The notes under the pieces: generated by a model
What the model was told of the DNA's origin: nothing
Databases searched by the model: none
What the model saw: only the letters and a program-made list of their open reading frames with translations
Translations under genes and position numbers: made by a program
Assembly: GCA_965140585.1 (NCBI GenBank)
Contig: OZ223269.1
Span: 32,001 to 96,000 of the forward strand
Reading direction: 5' to 3'
Origin: Spirochaetia bacterium
GTDB taxonomy: Bacteria; Spirochaetota; Spirochaetia; UBA9216
DNA: 64,000 bases
In this document: piece by piece, positions 9,816-20,525 of the stretch
How the letters are laid out: every line of letters starts with the position of its first letter
Numbering within the stretch: the stretch's first letter is position 1

Positions 9816-10338
9816 ATGAAGATTAAAAATCTGACGGTTCTCGCTGTACTGCCGGTACTTTTTTTACTTTTGTCATGCGATGATTCGGTTGATGCTTCCG
9901 GCACTTGAATATGATCCGGACAGTTTGTACGGCTATGAGCATGTAACCATTACCGCTGCGGGAGTATACAGCCTTTCAGAGGCCTCCAGAGATGACGCTA
10001 TAAATGTCGCCGGCGGTACCGATGCCTCATCACCGGGGACTTCTTCAAAACAGTATTCTGTGTAAATTACCTACAGTACAAGCCAGAGTGCGGACCCCCT
10101 GGTACATATCGAAGATGCTGATGGAGATGATGTACTTACCTTTGTGCCGTCAAAGATATACCAGGCCCTTGTCTTTTCTTCATCTGATCTTGTATACGGT
10201 TCAGAATACAGTCTTTACAGCGGAGGACGCTCTACCGGTACCGAAACCGATGAACTGTATTTCAGAGGAACATATGCAACCTCAGGTTCAGCTACAGAGT
10301 TTATTTTAAATTCTGTCGTGAAATCTGTGACAAAATAA
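9816..10338 (+). pseudogene. remnant of Cthe_2159/DUF4353-type carbohydrate-binding lipoprotein
   Basis: Lipoprotein signal (LLLSC) ends at a stop at 9908. A shifted frame carries VTITAAGVYSLS and DDAINVAGG, an in-frame TAA at 10063, then the C-terminal LVHIEDADG...YQALVFSSSDL...G.Y domain. Confidence 0.7.
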
Positions 10339-10388
10339 CTGCTGTTCAAACTATTGCAAATCAGCGATTTTTTCTTAATATTCAAGGA

Positions 10389-11102
10389 ATGAAGACTATA
10401 GCTTCAGTGCTGGTATTAATTCTGATTAACATATTTCCATCATGGTCCTTACAAAATAGCTACGATTTTCAATTCGGAGGGACAGGGTGGGTGAAACGTA
10501 ATTCCGTCGAACCTTCAGGGCCGGGACCGAATATCTTTGGAGCAGCAGGCATTCAAGCCTTACCGGACGGAATAACGCTTGAGATTCAAAAGCTTGAAGG
10601 GAATTGGCAATGTGCAGAAATATTTACCGCCGGGACATTTTCTTATGGTACTTTTGATCTGGAATTTTCATTAGATTCCAAGATTGACAGCAATGCTGTA
10701 TTCGGGCTTTTTTTATACAATAGAGACATTCCACCACGCTTTAACGAAATTGATTTTGAAATAGCGAGGTGGGGAAACTCTAAAAATAATAATTGCCAGT
10801 TTACCGTCCAGCCGTATGAAAAAAACGGAAACAGTATAAGTTTTTTAAAGAATGCTCCAACGAACAGGTTCAGATTGCTGATAAGCTGGACAAGTGAATT
10901 TATTCTTTTTACACTGCTTGATAATAAAGGTCGGGTTATTAATAGCTGGGAGTATGGTGGGCCGGATATTCCCAGGAACACCAAAAGCAGATTTCATATT
11001 AATGCATGGCTTTTTGATGGACAGCAGCCGTCCGGTGACGGCATACTTTCCATTACTATCCATAAATTTGAATATAGAGATATTTTTGATAATCGAGGTT
11101 AA
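10389..11102 (+). CDS. glycoside hydrolase family 16 protein, secreted
   Basis: Catalytic EIDFE motif, YGTF, signal peptide. Confidence 0.8.
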   Translation: MKTIASVLVLILINIFPSWSLQNSYDFQFGGTGWVKRNSVEPSGPGPNIFGAAGIQALPDGITLEIQKLEGNWQCAEIFTAGTFSYGTFDLEFSLDSKIDSNAVFGLFLYNRDIPPRFNEIDFEIARWGNSKNNNCQFTVQPYEKNGNSISFLKNAPTNRFRLLISWTSEFILFTLLDNKGRVINSWEYGGPDIPRNTKSRFHINAWLFDGQQPSGDGILSITIHKFEYRDIFDNRG

Positions 11103-11119
11103 AATGTATCTGGGACTGC

Positions 11120-12997
11120 TCACTCCGCAGCGGTTTTAAACACCGCTGCATCTGTTTCAATCTTCAGTATGTCGCTCAGGTTCGATTCTCCGATTTTCTG
11201 TATGTTATCAATCGAATCCTTCAGATTGCTTATTCCGCTGTGAATCGTTTTTATTGAATCACTTGATATGCTGCTCGAAGATTTTAATTCCTGAACCGCA
11301 TTAAGTATCTGGGAATTCCCTCCGGTCATTTCTCCGGCTGCTGATTCAACAGAAGCCGCTGTGTCCTTCAGCTGATCAAGGCTGTCTATAATGAGGCGGC
11401 TTCCGGCGTTAAGCTCTCCGGTTCCGGCTTCAATTTCCATAAAAAGATTACTCACGTTGTTTATTGAGTTTATTATCCGTCCGAAATCCCGATCTGTCCC
11501 GGCTGCCGCAGCGGAAACCTGCTCAATCGATTGTCTTATAGTGTTAAGATTCTGCTTAACCCCCTTCGACTGTTCAGCGGACTGTTCTGCAAGCAGTCTT
11601 ATTTCCTCTGCTACAACCGAGAACCCTCTTCCTGCTTCGCCCGCGTGAGCCGCCTCAATTGCGGCATTCATAGAGAGCAGGTTTGTTCTGCTTGAAAGGT
11701 TTGATATGAGATCATTTGCCTGAATCAGTTTTTCCGATTCAACGACTATAGTTTTTATAAGTTCAATTACATTCAGCATAGACTGGCGTCCAAGTTCAGT
11801 GCTGGCATTCATCTCAGAAACATCCTGCTCAGCACCGGAGAGCCTGTCGGAAATAGAGTTTATTCCGGCTATCATCTGCTCGATTGCACTGCTTGATTCG
11901 GAAATACTGTCAGTCTGTCTTGATACGGTATTCTTGAGGCTGTCAACATTCCGTGAAAGCTGTTCCACTGCCGCTGCAGTCTGATCGGTTGATGCAGACT
12001 GACTGAGTATTATATCTCTTATCGAATCGGTCTTCTCAATGATTTTAATGATTTCATCATTGGCAGAAACAATCTGGGTGTTCAGATTGTTTCCCGAGAT
12101 ACTCATCCTGTTAAACTGTTTTTGCAGATTAAGCACAAGCCCTGAAACCGATTCAATGATCTGTTCAAAGCTGATAATCAGGGTGTCTGTTTCATCAGGC
12201 AGTAAACGGTGCTTTTTTACCGGCATTTTTCTGCTGAAGTCGCTTCCTCCGGTACTGTCCATGAAATGTGATAATTTAATCAGAGGACTTACTGAAAGGC
12301 GAATCCTGAAGAATGAAAAAATCACCAGTACAAGTGATATACCGGCCAGAGTCAGAGAAACAACCCTGATAATAAAGCCGATCCGGGTATCCAGTTCTGA
12401 TTCAAATGATAATACTGCTTTTTCAATTTCATCGGTATAAACCCCGGTTCCAATCCAAATGTCGGTTCCAGGAACCATCATGGCTGTCCCAAGCTTGGGA
12501 AATACTACATTCTCAGGTTCTCCCGGTTTTGACCAGTAGAATTCCAGAAACATAGAACCGTCCGAAGCTGCTTTATCGAGTTCTCTTATGATGTACTGTT
12601 TTTTATCCGGAGACTGCAGGTCCCACAGATTTTTTCCAATATTTCCCGGGTTTCCCCCATGAATTACATTAATGCCGTTTCCTTTTTGATATCCGTAAAA
12701 GTAGCCGTCAGTTCCGAACCTTATCTTTCCAATTATCTCCCTGCTGAGCTTAAGCTTTTCTTCGGCGGTTAAACCGGATTGTTCAAAGACTGCCTGCATT
12801 GCCGTTACCGCAGATTCTGTTGTACTTTTAAGTTCCTGCCTGTATCCATTGTTGATTATTTCAGTTGTATAGTCGCTGACTGCCGACTCAAGCCTCTGAA
12901 TCAGAGAACTGAAGGTAAAAATAGTTACAATTGAAAATGCGGCGAATAATGCCGCCATTGGAATTATTAGTTTTAGACTGATGCTGATGCGCTTCAT
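11120..12997 (-). CDS. methyl-accepting chemotaxis protein with Cache sensor
   Basis: Two TM helices, RFGTDGYF...W.KPG Cache domain, [30 protein letters not shown] signalling hairpin. Confidence 0.92.
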   Translation of the reverse strand: MKRISISLKLIIPMAALFAAFSIVTIFTFSSLIQRLESAVSDYTTEIINNGYRQELKSTTESAVTAMQAVFEQSGLTAEEKLKLSREIIGKIRFGTDGYFYGYQKGNGINVIHGGNPGNIGKNLWDLQSPDKKQYIIRELDKAASDGSMFLEFYWSKPGEPENVVFPKLGTAMMVPGTDIWIGTGVYTDEIEKAVLSFESELDTRIGFIIRVVSLTLAGISLVLVIFSFFRIRLSVSPLIKLSHFMDSTGGSDFSRKMPVKKHRLLPDETDTLIISFEQIIESVSGLVLNLQKQFNRMSISGNNLNTQIVSANDEIIKIIEKTDSIRDIILSQSASTDQTAAAVEQLSRNVDSLKNTVSRQTDSISESSSAIEQMIAGINSISDRLSGAEQDVSEMNASTELGRQSMLNVIELIKTIVVESEKLIQANDLISNLSSRTNLLSMNAAIEAAHAGEAGRGFSVVAEEIRLLAEQSAEQSKGVKQNLNTIRQSIEQVSAAAAGTDRDFGRIINSINNVSNLFMEIEAGTGELNAGSRLIIDSLDQLKDTAASVESAAGEMTGGNSQILNAVQELKSSSSISSDSIKTIHSGISNLKDSIDNIQKIGESNLSDILKIETDAAVFKTAAE

Positions 12998-13270
12998 CTG
13001 GTATATCTCCGGTGTTGTTGTGTATGAAATTAATTGAGTAAATATATATCGTTTAATCGATTTCTAACAGATACAGAGTGTTAGAAATTTGTAAAATAAT
13101 TGCAAGTTTTAAACAAATTATGATAGAATCGATGAACATTTCCGATTAGGGTAGATCTCCGGCAGTAGGTCAAAGAATATTTGACTCTAATCAAAAAATA
13201 ATCTATGGTGTATCGTTGATTATATTATTGGATTTATTTGATCTTAAATACCGATTTTACAGGACAGTAA

Positions 13271-14455
13271 ATGAAAAAGAACAATGCTGTTATTAGAAAA
13301 GCATTAAGGCACAGTCCAATCAGTGCTTACCATCTTGCTAACGGATTTCTGGGAATGCAGAAAGCCAGACATCTGGACTACAGGTTAAAAAGAACCAAAG
13401 GCCGCCAGCTGAAGCTTGTGACTTTTAAGATTACGCCCTTATGCAACCTTCGCTGTGTTATGTGCGGACAGCGCGGTGAGAAAGGGATTCTAAAGGACGA
13501 TCTTGCATTAGAAGAAAATAAAAAAATAATTGATATTGATACTTATAAGAAACTTATTGATGATATAGCTCCCAAAAAGCCTATAGTATACATCTGGGGC
13601 GGTGAGCCTATGCTGTATCCGAACTTTATGGATCTTGCAGCATATTTTAAGAAGAAACTTCCCTTCTTTTCGGTAAATACAAACGGTACCCTGCTTAAAA
13701 AACATGCTGAGCGGATAGTTGCAGATAAATGGACCAGTCTTTTTATATCGCTCGATTCCTTTGAGGATGTGAATGATCAGATTCGCGGAAAGGGATCTTT
13801 TGCCAAGGTAATGGAAGGCATTGAGGCTATCAATCGTGAGAAAGCCCGGCAAAAATCAACTTTTCCTCTTATAGGGATTGTTACAACCATAACAAACCTC
13901 AACTACATGTATCTTGATAAAATGACTGAATCCGTTAGTAAAATGGGTCTTGCCTGGCATATCATCAACCTCGGAACCTATGTGAACGAAGAAATCGGTC
14001 AACGTCATACCGCCTACATGAAAGAAAAACTTGATATAGATGCAGTCTCCTGGAAGGGGTTTACCAGCGGATACAATGAGGGCATAGACGGTGAAGCCTT
14101 TTCTCATATTCTGAATAAAGTCCAGCGGATGGACCCCGGATATCCTATAATTACCGTACCGGTAATCGATCACAGGGTAATCGGGAAGTATTACTCTGAT
14201 CTTGATATGATTGTACGCAATAAATGTTATTATCCCTGGTTCGGATGTGATATTAATTACAACGGTGATGTTCATTTCTGTGCAGATTATCCTGAATATG
14301 TTATAGGGAATATCAAGGATAACAGGCTGATAGATATTTACAATGGTGAAAAAGCCGAACGTTTCAGGAGGGAGCTTATCGATTCTCCCGAGGGGCTTTT
14401 CCCTGCCTGTAAACGCTGCTATCAGAATATGCTTGCAGGAAACAGGGTTAAATAA
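13271..14455 (+). CDS. radical SAM protein with SPASM/Twitch-type C-terminus
   Basis: CNLRCVMC, GGEP, TNG; C-terminal CYYPW...GDVHFC...IGN...CKRC. Confidence 0.88.
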   Translation: MKKNNAVIRKALRHSPISAYHLANGFLGMQKARHLDYRLKRTKGRQLKLVTFKITPLCNLRCVMCGQRGEKGILKDDLALEENKKIIDIDTYKKLIDDIAPKKPIVYIWGGEPMLYPNFMDLAAYFKKKLPFFSVNTNGTLLKKHAERIVADKWTSLFISLDSFEDVNDQIRGKGSFAKVMEGIEAINREKARQKSTFPLIGIVTTITNLNYMYLDKMTESVSKMGLAWHIINLGTYVNEEIGQRHTAYMKEKLDIDAVSWKGFTSGYNEGIDGEAFSHILNKVQRMDPGYPIITVPVIDHRVIGKYYSDLDMIVRNKCYYPWFGCDINYNGDVHFCADYPEYVIGNIKDNRLIDIYNGEKAERFRRELIDSPEGLFPACKRCYQNMLAGNRVK

Positions 14456-14503
14456 ACTATATATTAAATTGCTTTTAATCCATTTCTTTCTATACTTAAG
14501 TGT

Positions 14504-15088
14504 ATGAAGAAATGGATTTTTTTTATTCTGCTAATCTGTGTATCAACGGTCTTTCCTGCCGCCGAGACCACGCTGTCCGGTAAGGTTTCAGATGGACTTC
14601 TGCTTATGAGGGAAGAGGAAAAGCTTGCCAGAGATGTATACACATTCCTGTATAAATCTACCGGTCAGCAGATCTTCAGAAACATTGCATCAAGTGAACA
14701 GACCCATATGGATCAGATACTCAGGCTTCTGGACTTTTATGGAATCCCGGATCCTGTATCAGGTTTTGATTACGGCCAGTTCAAATCAGGTGAAATGAAG
14801 GCTCTATATAAAGAATTGACTGAAACCGGAGCAAAGTCTCTGGAAAATGCCCTTAAAACCGGAGCAACTATTGAAGATCTTGATATCAGAGATTTAAAAC
14901 TACTAATTTCGGAAACCTCTGAAACATCGATAATAACTGTTTATGAAAGTCTGCTTAAAGGTTCTAGAAATCATATGCGAAGTTTCATAAGCAGCATGAA
15001 CAGGTACGGATACAGATACAATCCGATCTATATAACACCGAAAGAATTCGAAGAGATTATCACATCACCAATGGAGCGTGGGAACTGA
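14504..15088 (+). CDS. DUF2202 ferritin-like protein with signal peptide
   Basis: MREEEKLARDVY, NIASSEQTH, IEDLDI, GSRNHMRSF. Confidence 0.85.
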   Translation: MKKWIFFILLICVSTVFPAAETTLSGKVSDGLLLMREEEKLARDVYTFLYKSTGQQIFRNIASSEQTHMDQILRLLDFYGIPDPVSGFDYGQFKSGEMKALYKELTETGAKSLENALKTGATIEDLDIRDLKLLISETSETSIITVYESLLKGSRNHMRSFISSMNRYGYRYNPIYITPKEFEEIITSPMERGN

Positions 15089-15148
15089 GAAAGTCCGTTC
15101 TTCCGAAACCGTCTTTACATATACGGACTTAGATCTTAAAATTAGAAC

Positions 15149-16912
15149 GTGAGCGTAAAGGGCAGATATTCTATACGGAGTAGGTTTTTATTCGTTGTAA
15201 TTCTCGCATCTCTACCTTTTTTCATTACCGTCACCACCTCTACAATACTAATTTACAACATTTCCGCTAAAAACCTGCTCAGGCAGATTAAGAATACATC
15301 AACTGTTATCCAGAATCTCACAGAATCAATGCTTAATACGGGAGTCAGATCATATCTGGCTTCAAAAGCGGATTCCGCTGCAGAGGTTATTTATCATGAT
15401 TATGCTGAGGGCGTACCTCTGGAGCAGGTCTACAGCCGTATTTTAAACTGTGATATTGGAAGAACAGGATACTTTTACGGAATGAATTCAAAGGGTGTGA
15501 TTATTTTTCATCCGGACTCCTTTATTGTCGGAATGGATCTGTCTAAAACCGATCCGGTAAAATATCAGCTTTCAGTACGAGAAGGATATTACGAATATTA
15601 CTGGCGGAATACTACTGAAAAGGAAGCGAGAGCAAAGGGACTGTATATGAGGTATCTGCCCGAAATTGATCTTATTCTTACCGCAACCGGATACCGAAAT
15701 GAGTTTATTAATATGATAGATTTTACGGAAATAGAGAATGCCATGCTTTCGACAATATCCGGAAGCCCGGTGATTCCTTATATTCTGGATTCATCAGGAA
15801 AAATTCTTTTTCACCCGAATTTCAATAATAAACCGGAAGATGAAATAATCTCCAATGAAGAGTTCTCAACCTTTATAAACGAGGTCATCACCAAAAAAGA
15901 TGGATTTACTTCATATTCGTGGCGTGATTCTCAAAATACATCATACCGCGAAAAAATAGTATACCTGAAATATGTAAAGGATTTTGACTGGATAATCGGA
16001 ACCTCGGTATATAAGTCTGAACTTAACAGAAATCTGGGTTTTGTGGTTATGATAGACACCCTGGTCGTCTTCATTGTGGCCACGATAATATTTATTATTA
16101 TTTTCAAGTCCAATAAGCTGTTTGAGCATGAAATCATGCAGCTTTCGGGAATGCTGTCCGATTCGCTTGGTAAAGAAGACTTAAGTCTTCGAGTAAAGAC
16201 CGGCAAGCTTCTTGAAATTGCTGAATTCGGAAATAATCTGAACCACTTTATGGAAAATCTTGAAATAAAAAGCCTCCAGCTGTCGGAATCTATAAAAGAA
16301 AAAGACTTCCTTCTCTCTGAAATCCAGCACAGGGTAATGAATAATCTACAGACAATAATCAGTATATTGAATCTTCAGATGCTGCAGGAATCCCTCTCCA
16401 GTGAGACTTATTCGGCTCTTGCCGCTACCCAGAACAGGATTAACGCCATGGCTATCGTTTATACTCATCTGTCCGTTGATAATGAACAGTTTAAAACGGA
16501 TATGGTGTATATAAGAAGTTTTATGGATGATTTTATAAGCTCGGCTATAAGCCTTTTTAAGATTGATACCGGCCGGATACAGATCATAAAGAACATTGAG
16601 GATATTTCTCTTCCACGGAATGAAACTATATTATGCGGGTTGATTATCAATGAACTTATATCGCTTATAATCAAGACAACAAAAGATCCAGATGCGTGCA
16701 GAACAATTATAATATCAATGGCAGCTATGGATGAAGAAGGGAAGTGTGTTCTTGAATTAAGCGCAGATTGCAGCAGCGGGATGATAGTTGATTCCGATGC
16801 AGAGGCTCTGCTGGAAATAGAGCTTGTCAATATTTTATCCGAGCAGATTGGAAGCTTGTATGATTTTGAGTATACTGATTTTTTCAGATATAAAATTGAA
16901 CTGCAATGTTAA
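15149..16912 (+). CDS. double-Cache membrane sensor, HisKA_2-type kinase with degenerate ATPase domain
   Basis: Two Cache repeats (G.IIFHP), HAMP-like linker, HRVMNNLQ H-box; N, G1 and G2 boxes not recognisable. Confidence 0.75.
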   Translation: MSVKGRYSIRSRFLFVVILASLPFFITVTTSTILIYNISAKNLLRQIKNTSTVIQNLTESMLNTGVRSYLASKADSAAEVIYHDYAEGVPLEQVYSRILNCDIGRTGYFYGMNSKGVIIFHPDSFIVGMDLSKTDPVKYQLSVREGYYEYYWRNTTEKEARAKGLYMRYLPEIDLILTATGYRNEFINMIDFTEIENAMLSTISGSPVIPYILDSSGKILFHPNFNNKPEDEIISNEEFSTFINEVITKKDGFTSYSWRDSQNTSYREKIVYLKYVKDFDWIIGTSVYKSELNRNLGFVVMIDTLVVFIVATIIFIIIFKSNKLFEHEIMQLSGMLSDSLGKEDLSLRVKTGKLLEIAEFGNNLNHFMENLEIKSLQLSESIKEKDFLLSEIQHRVMNNLQTIISILNLQMLQESLSSETYSALAATQNRINAMAIVYTHLSVDNEQFKTDMVYIRSFMDDFISSAISLFKIDTGRIQIIKNIEDISLPRNETILCGLIINELISLIIKTTKDPDACRTIIISMAAMDEEGKCVLELSADCSSGMIVDSDAEALLEIELVNILSEQIGSLYDFEYTDFFRYKIELQC

Positions 16913-16962
16913 AAAAAGTAAAAAAGTTGACAACTCAATAAAATTGCTGATTAATATATAGT

Positions 16963-19344
16963 ATGTACCAGCTTGTTGCTTTACTGTTTCCTGTTTTTCT
17001 TATTGGAATACTTTCATTTGTAGCCACAGCATATCTAATTCTGTTCTATAGAAGTAAAAACAAGAATTACATCCATTATATCGCAATCTTTGCTGTTTCA
17101 ATTGTTTATTCTTTGCTGGAAGTCTATTCATGTTCGCTGCTCTATCTTAAAGAGACTCCATGGGCGGTTCCTGATATATATCAGATAAAATCATTTGTGA
17201 TTATGGGTTATCTTGTTTTTCTGATTTTTTTCACGGATATTAAAACAGCTAAAATTATAAGTCCTGTTTTGACTGCGGCATTTTTAGTGATAATTTTTTT
17301 TACACCTCAATATTTTGTAAATATTTCAAGCAGCCCTTCCGGGGAATCTCTTCTCAGTTGGGGAATTCCGTCATTGTTCAAGTATGTGTTTTTCCTTTTA
17401 GCTTTCTTTCTGATAATTATATCGAGCGGAAAAAGCGATATGCTTGAGGTTGTCGAGTATTCCGGAAAACTTCCTGTTGAATCGGTTTTCTTTTCGGGTT
17501 TTCTTATTTTTGATGATTTTCTTATAACCTCACTGAATACAATTGAGCCTCTTGGTAATTCCTTGAATATCATAAGAACGTTTATTACATTTGCACTTAT
17601 TATCATCTTTTCTCTGACAGGAAACCGGCATACCCAGCACAGAAGACACGTGGAGTGGATACATTCTGTGTTCAGTAATGTCATTAAAGGAAAGCTTGAT
17701 CTCAGAAGCTCCAGCATTAAAAAAGATGCTGTCTGCTGGGTTGTAGATCCCGAGACAAAAAAGATTGAATATGTCAATTCCACATTCGACCGAATATGGT
17801 TGAATACCAGAACATTGCCGGCCGAAAAATATAAACTCTGGATAGAATCAATACATGAGGATGATTTTGATTATGTTTTCAGAAGTTATAAAAGCCTTAC
17901 ACCTGAATCTGAGCTTTTAGTAGAATACCGTATAAATACAAATGAGGGCATAAAATGGATCAGGGAAAAGGCACTGCTTACCTGCGATTCAAACGGCAAT
18001 TTTAGAATATTCAAGGAATCAAATGAAATTACAAGCGAGGTCCGGTATAATGAGCGCTTCTCAGGACCTGAATATGCTCTTTCGGTGATCAGCAGGAAGA
18101 TTTATCTCGATGTTCTGGATTCTATTGCAGAGGGCTACAGCGGATTTACATCCCCTGTTTACTTTGCTCTTCTGCTTATTGATATCAACCGGTTCCGGGA
18201 TATCAATATGGTCCACGGCAACAGAGTGGGGGATAAAGTTCTTGAAATCATATTTTTTCAGATTAAAAATGTAATCAGGAAAACTGATAAATTGTTCAGA
18301 ACCAACGGAGATAATTTTGCTGTTATTCTGACTGCTGTCAGCCGTGAACGCGATGTAATTAAAATTGCAGAAAAAATACTCAGATTATTCAGAGATCCGA
18401 TAAATATTGATAGTATGAGTATTCATGTTGAAATTAATATGGGAATAGCTGTTTATCCCTCCGATGGTGATACGGGCGAGGTTTTAAACAAGAGTGCTGA
18501 GCTGGCTCTCATACATGCTAAGAAATCAGATACGCCTTATATCTTCTCCTCTGAATCATTGAATACCGATGCTATGGTAAGACTTCAGATAACGGAAACT
18601 CTGAAAAAATCCCTTGTACAGAATGAGTTCTATCTTCATTATCAGCCTATCTTCGAATCTGAATACAAAATAGTCGGATACGAGGCGCTGCTGAGATGGA
18701 ACTGCAGCGGAAGCGGATTCTCGATTCAGGACATTATTGAGATAGCAGAAACCACCAGTCTGATGGAGGTTCTCGGTGAGTGGATATACAATAAAGCATT
18801 TGAAGATTTTGTGAAAATCCTGGAGCGGAATCCGGATCTTTTTCTTTCGGTCAACATTTCACCGGTTCAGCTTCAGAATCAGTCTTTTATCAGAAAAATC
18901 CATCATTCTGCTGTGCAGTCAGGGATTCCTTTTAATCAGGTGCACCTTGAAATTACTGAAACTACTTTTATGCGGGATCGGAATCTTTTATTTGAGAAAA
19001 TAAGTCGGCTGTCGGCGCTTGGATTCATAATATCAATGGATGATTTCGGAACCGGTTATTCCTCACTTGCATCGCTGAGAAAACTGCCCTTTCAGGTGAT
19101 AAAACTTGATCGTGAATTTATTCTGGAAATTCCTGAGAGCTCGGAAGCGTGCAGTTTTTTTGATGCTGCGGTACAGATGATCATTTCCGCAGGCAAGCGG
19201 CTGATTATCGAAGGGATTGAGACTGAGGAGCAATTCGAATACATAAAACAAAATGGAATAAACATTGAATTTCAGGGGTATCATTTTTCCAGGCCCCTCT
19301 CTTTTGATTCATTCAGCGAGCTTCTTAAGGCATACAGGAAGTAA
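16963..19344 (+). CDS. membrane PAS-GGDEF(degenerate)-EAL protein, probable c-di-GMP phosphodiesterase
   Basis: Multi-TM N-terminus, PAS, NGDNF in place of GGDEF, intact EALLRW, DDFGTGYSS and EGIET. Confidence 0.85.
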   Translation: MYQLVALLFPVFLIGILSFVATAYLILFYRSKNKNYIHYIAIFAVSIVYSLLEVYSCSLLYLKETPWAVPDIYQIKSFVIMGYLVFLIFFTDIKTAKIISPVLTAAFLVIIFFTPQYFVNISSSPSGESLLSWGIPSLFKYVFFLLAFFLIIISSGKSDMLEVVEYSGKLPVESVFFSGFLIFDDFLITSLNTIEPLGNSLNIIRTFITFALIIIFSLTGNRHTQHRRHVEWIHSVFSNVIKGKLDLRSSSIKKDAVCWVVDPETKKIEYVNSTFDRIWLNTRTLPAEKYKLWIESIHEDDFDYVFRSYKSLTPESELLVEYRINTNEGIKWIREKALLTCDSNGNFRIFKESNEITSEVRYNERFSGPEYALSVISRKIYLDVLDSIAEGYSGFTSPVYFALLLIDINRFRDINMVHGNRVGDKVLEIIFFQIKNVIRKTDKLFRTNGDNFAVILTAVSRERDVIKIAEKILRLFRDPINIDSMSIHVEINMGIAVYPSDGDTGEVLNKSAELALIHAKKSDTPYIFSSESLNTDAMVRLQITETLKKSLVQNEFYLHYQPIFESEYKIVGYEALLRWNCSGSGFSIQDIIEIAETTSLMEVLGEWIYNKAFEDFVKILERNPDLFLSVNISPVQLQNQSFIRKIHHSAVQSGIPFNQVHLEITETTFMRDRNLLFEKISRLSALGFIISMDDFGTGYSSLASLRKLPFQVIKLDREFILEIPESSEACSFFDAAVQMIISAGKRLIIEGIETEEQFEYIKQNGINIEFQGYHFSRPLSFDSFSELLKAYRK

Positions 19345-19363
19345 TTCTTTTTTCTTTACTTAT

Positions 19364-19390
19364 TTAGACTTTTAGATTAAATTAGTCTAA
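19364..19390. promoter_or_regulatory. inverted repeat, probable TetR operator
   Basis: TTAGACT-13 nt-AGTCTAA immediately before the TetR start. Confidence 0.55.
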
Positions 19391-19394
19391 GAGT

Positions 19395-19970
19395 ATGAAA
19401 AGAGATGTCTATCTACAGGTAATAAAAGTCTCAGAGAATCTTTTTAACAGGTTCGGAATATCCAAAACGGCAGTCGATGACATCGCTTCAAAATCATCGG
19501 TCTCACGAGCTACTTTATTCAATAATTTCGGCAGCAAGGAAGGTTTGATAAGGGCGGTCCTGGATGAAAATCTTAAATCAATGGCTGATATAATCGAGAG
19601 AAAATCTGCCGCTAAAAGCAGATTCTTTGAAAGCCTAAGAGAACTCATTATCGCCAGACTGAATCTTATAAACAAGCTGAAGTTTATTGTTGATAAAGAA
19701 ATCAGCACAGAACTCCCGGTGATCAACGAATTCAGAAGAAAGCTAAATATTGTATTCAGAAAGGGGCTTGTTTCTTTTTTTGACCGTGGACGGCTCAGGG
19801 ATGAGGAGAAGAGAAGGCTTATTGAGGGCCTTATGATTATGATAAGCGGAATTGAGAATAAAATATCGGCTGACGGAGTTGATTTTAATTCAGAAACCGT
19901 TTCGTCAGATATTGATTTTTATATCCGCTCATTTATAGGAAATACCAGTTTTCGGGAGGTTTTAGAATAA
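19395..19970 (+). CDS. TetR/AcrR family regulator
   Basis: N-terminal HTH: LFNRFG...DDIA...VSRATLFNNFGSKEGL. Confidence 0.85.
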   Translation: MKRDVYLQVIKVSENLFNRFGISKTAVDDIASKSSVSRATLFNNFGSKEGLIRAVLDENLKSMADIIERKSAAKSRFFESLRELIIARLNLINKLKFIVDKEISTELPVINEFRRKLNIVFRKGLVSFFDRGRLRDEEKRRLIEGLMIMISGIENKISADGVDFNSETVSSDIDFYIRSFIGNTSFREVLE

Positions 19971-20525
19971 ATGGAGATTGATGAATCTGTTTTCTTTTAT
20001 TTTCTTCTGTTTTCAGTTACCGGATGGATTATTGAGTTTATATTCAGAAGTTTGTATGAGAAGAGGATTGTAAATCCTGGAATGCTTCATGGTCCCTGGC
20101 TGCCTCTTTACGGTTTCGGCGGTTTGATTATGCTTTTTAGCCGTGCCCTTCTTTTTCGTTACGGAATCCTGACTGCTGCTGTATATTATTTTACGGTCTT
20201 CAGTCTGCTGGAACTTGGTGCCGGAATAATACTTGAGAAGGTCTTTGACCGCCGGTACTGGGATTATTCCGAAAACCGCTTCAATATTATGGGTTATGTC
20301 TGTCCGCTATATTCGATGGGCTGGGTTATTATCGGTCTTGCAGGAAGCCGCTTCATTCTGCCGTTTTTTACAGACTTTGTATCAGTACTTGCAGGCTCCG
20401 GTGCCTATTTTTTTAACAGAATGATTATGCTTGTTATGGTTTCTGATATTGTTATCTCTGTCCTTTTTACTGAAGCAAGACTTCAGAAGATCAAGGAGAA
20501 TTTGAACAGAAGATTTAGATGGTAG
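19971..20525 (+). CDS. putative ABC-transporter permease family membrane protein (CmpB/TMEM229-like)
   Basis: GW..E, NPG.L.GPWLPLYG.G, RYWDYS...FNI.G.VC motifs. Confidence 0.8.
   Translation: MEIDESVFFYFLLFSVTGWIIEFIFRSLYEKRIVNPGMLHGPWLPLYGFGGLIMLFSRALLFRYGILTAAVYYFTVFSLLELGAGIILEKVFDRRYWDYSENRFNIMGYVCPLYSMGWVIIGLAGSRFILPFFTDFVSVLAGSGAYFFNRMIMLVMVSDIVISVLFTEARLQKIKENLNRRFRW

Noticed and set aside
12998-13270. RiPP precursor for the radical SAM enzyme
   Set aside because: Only tiny ORFs (MKLIE, MIESMNISD) without convincing SD or Cys/aromatic cores.
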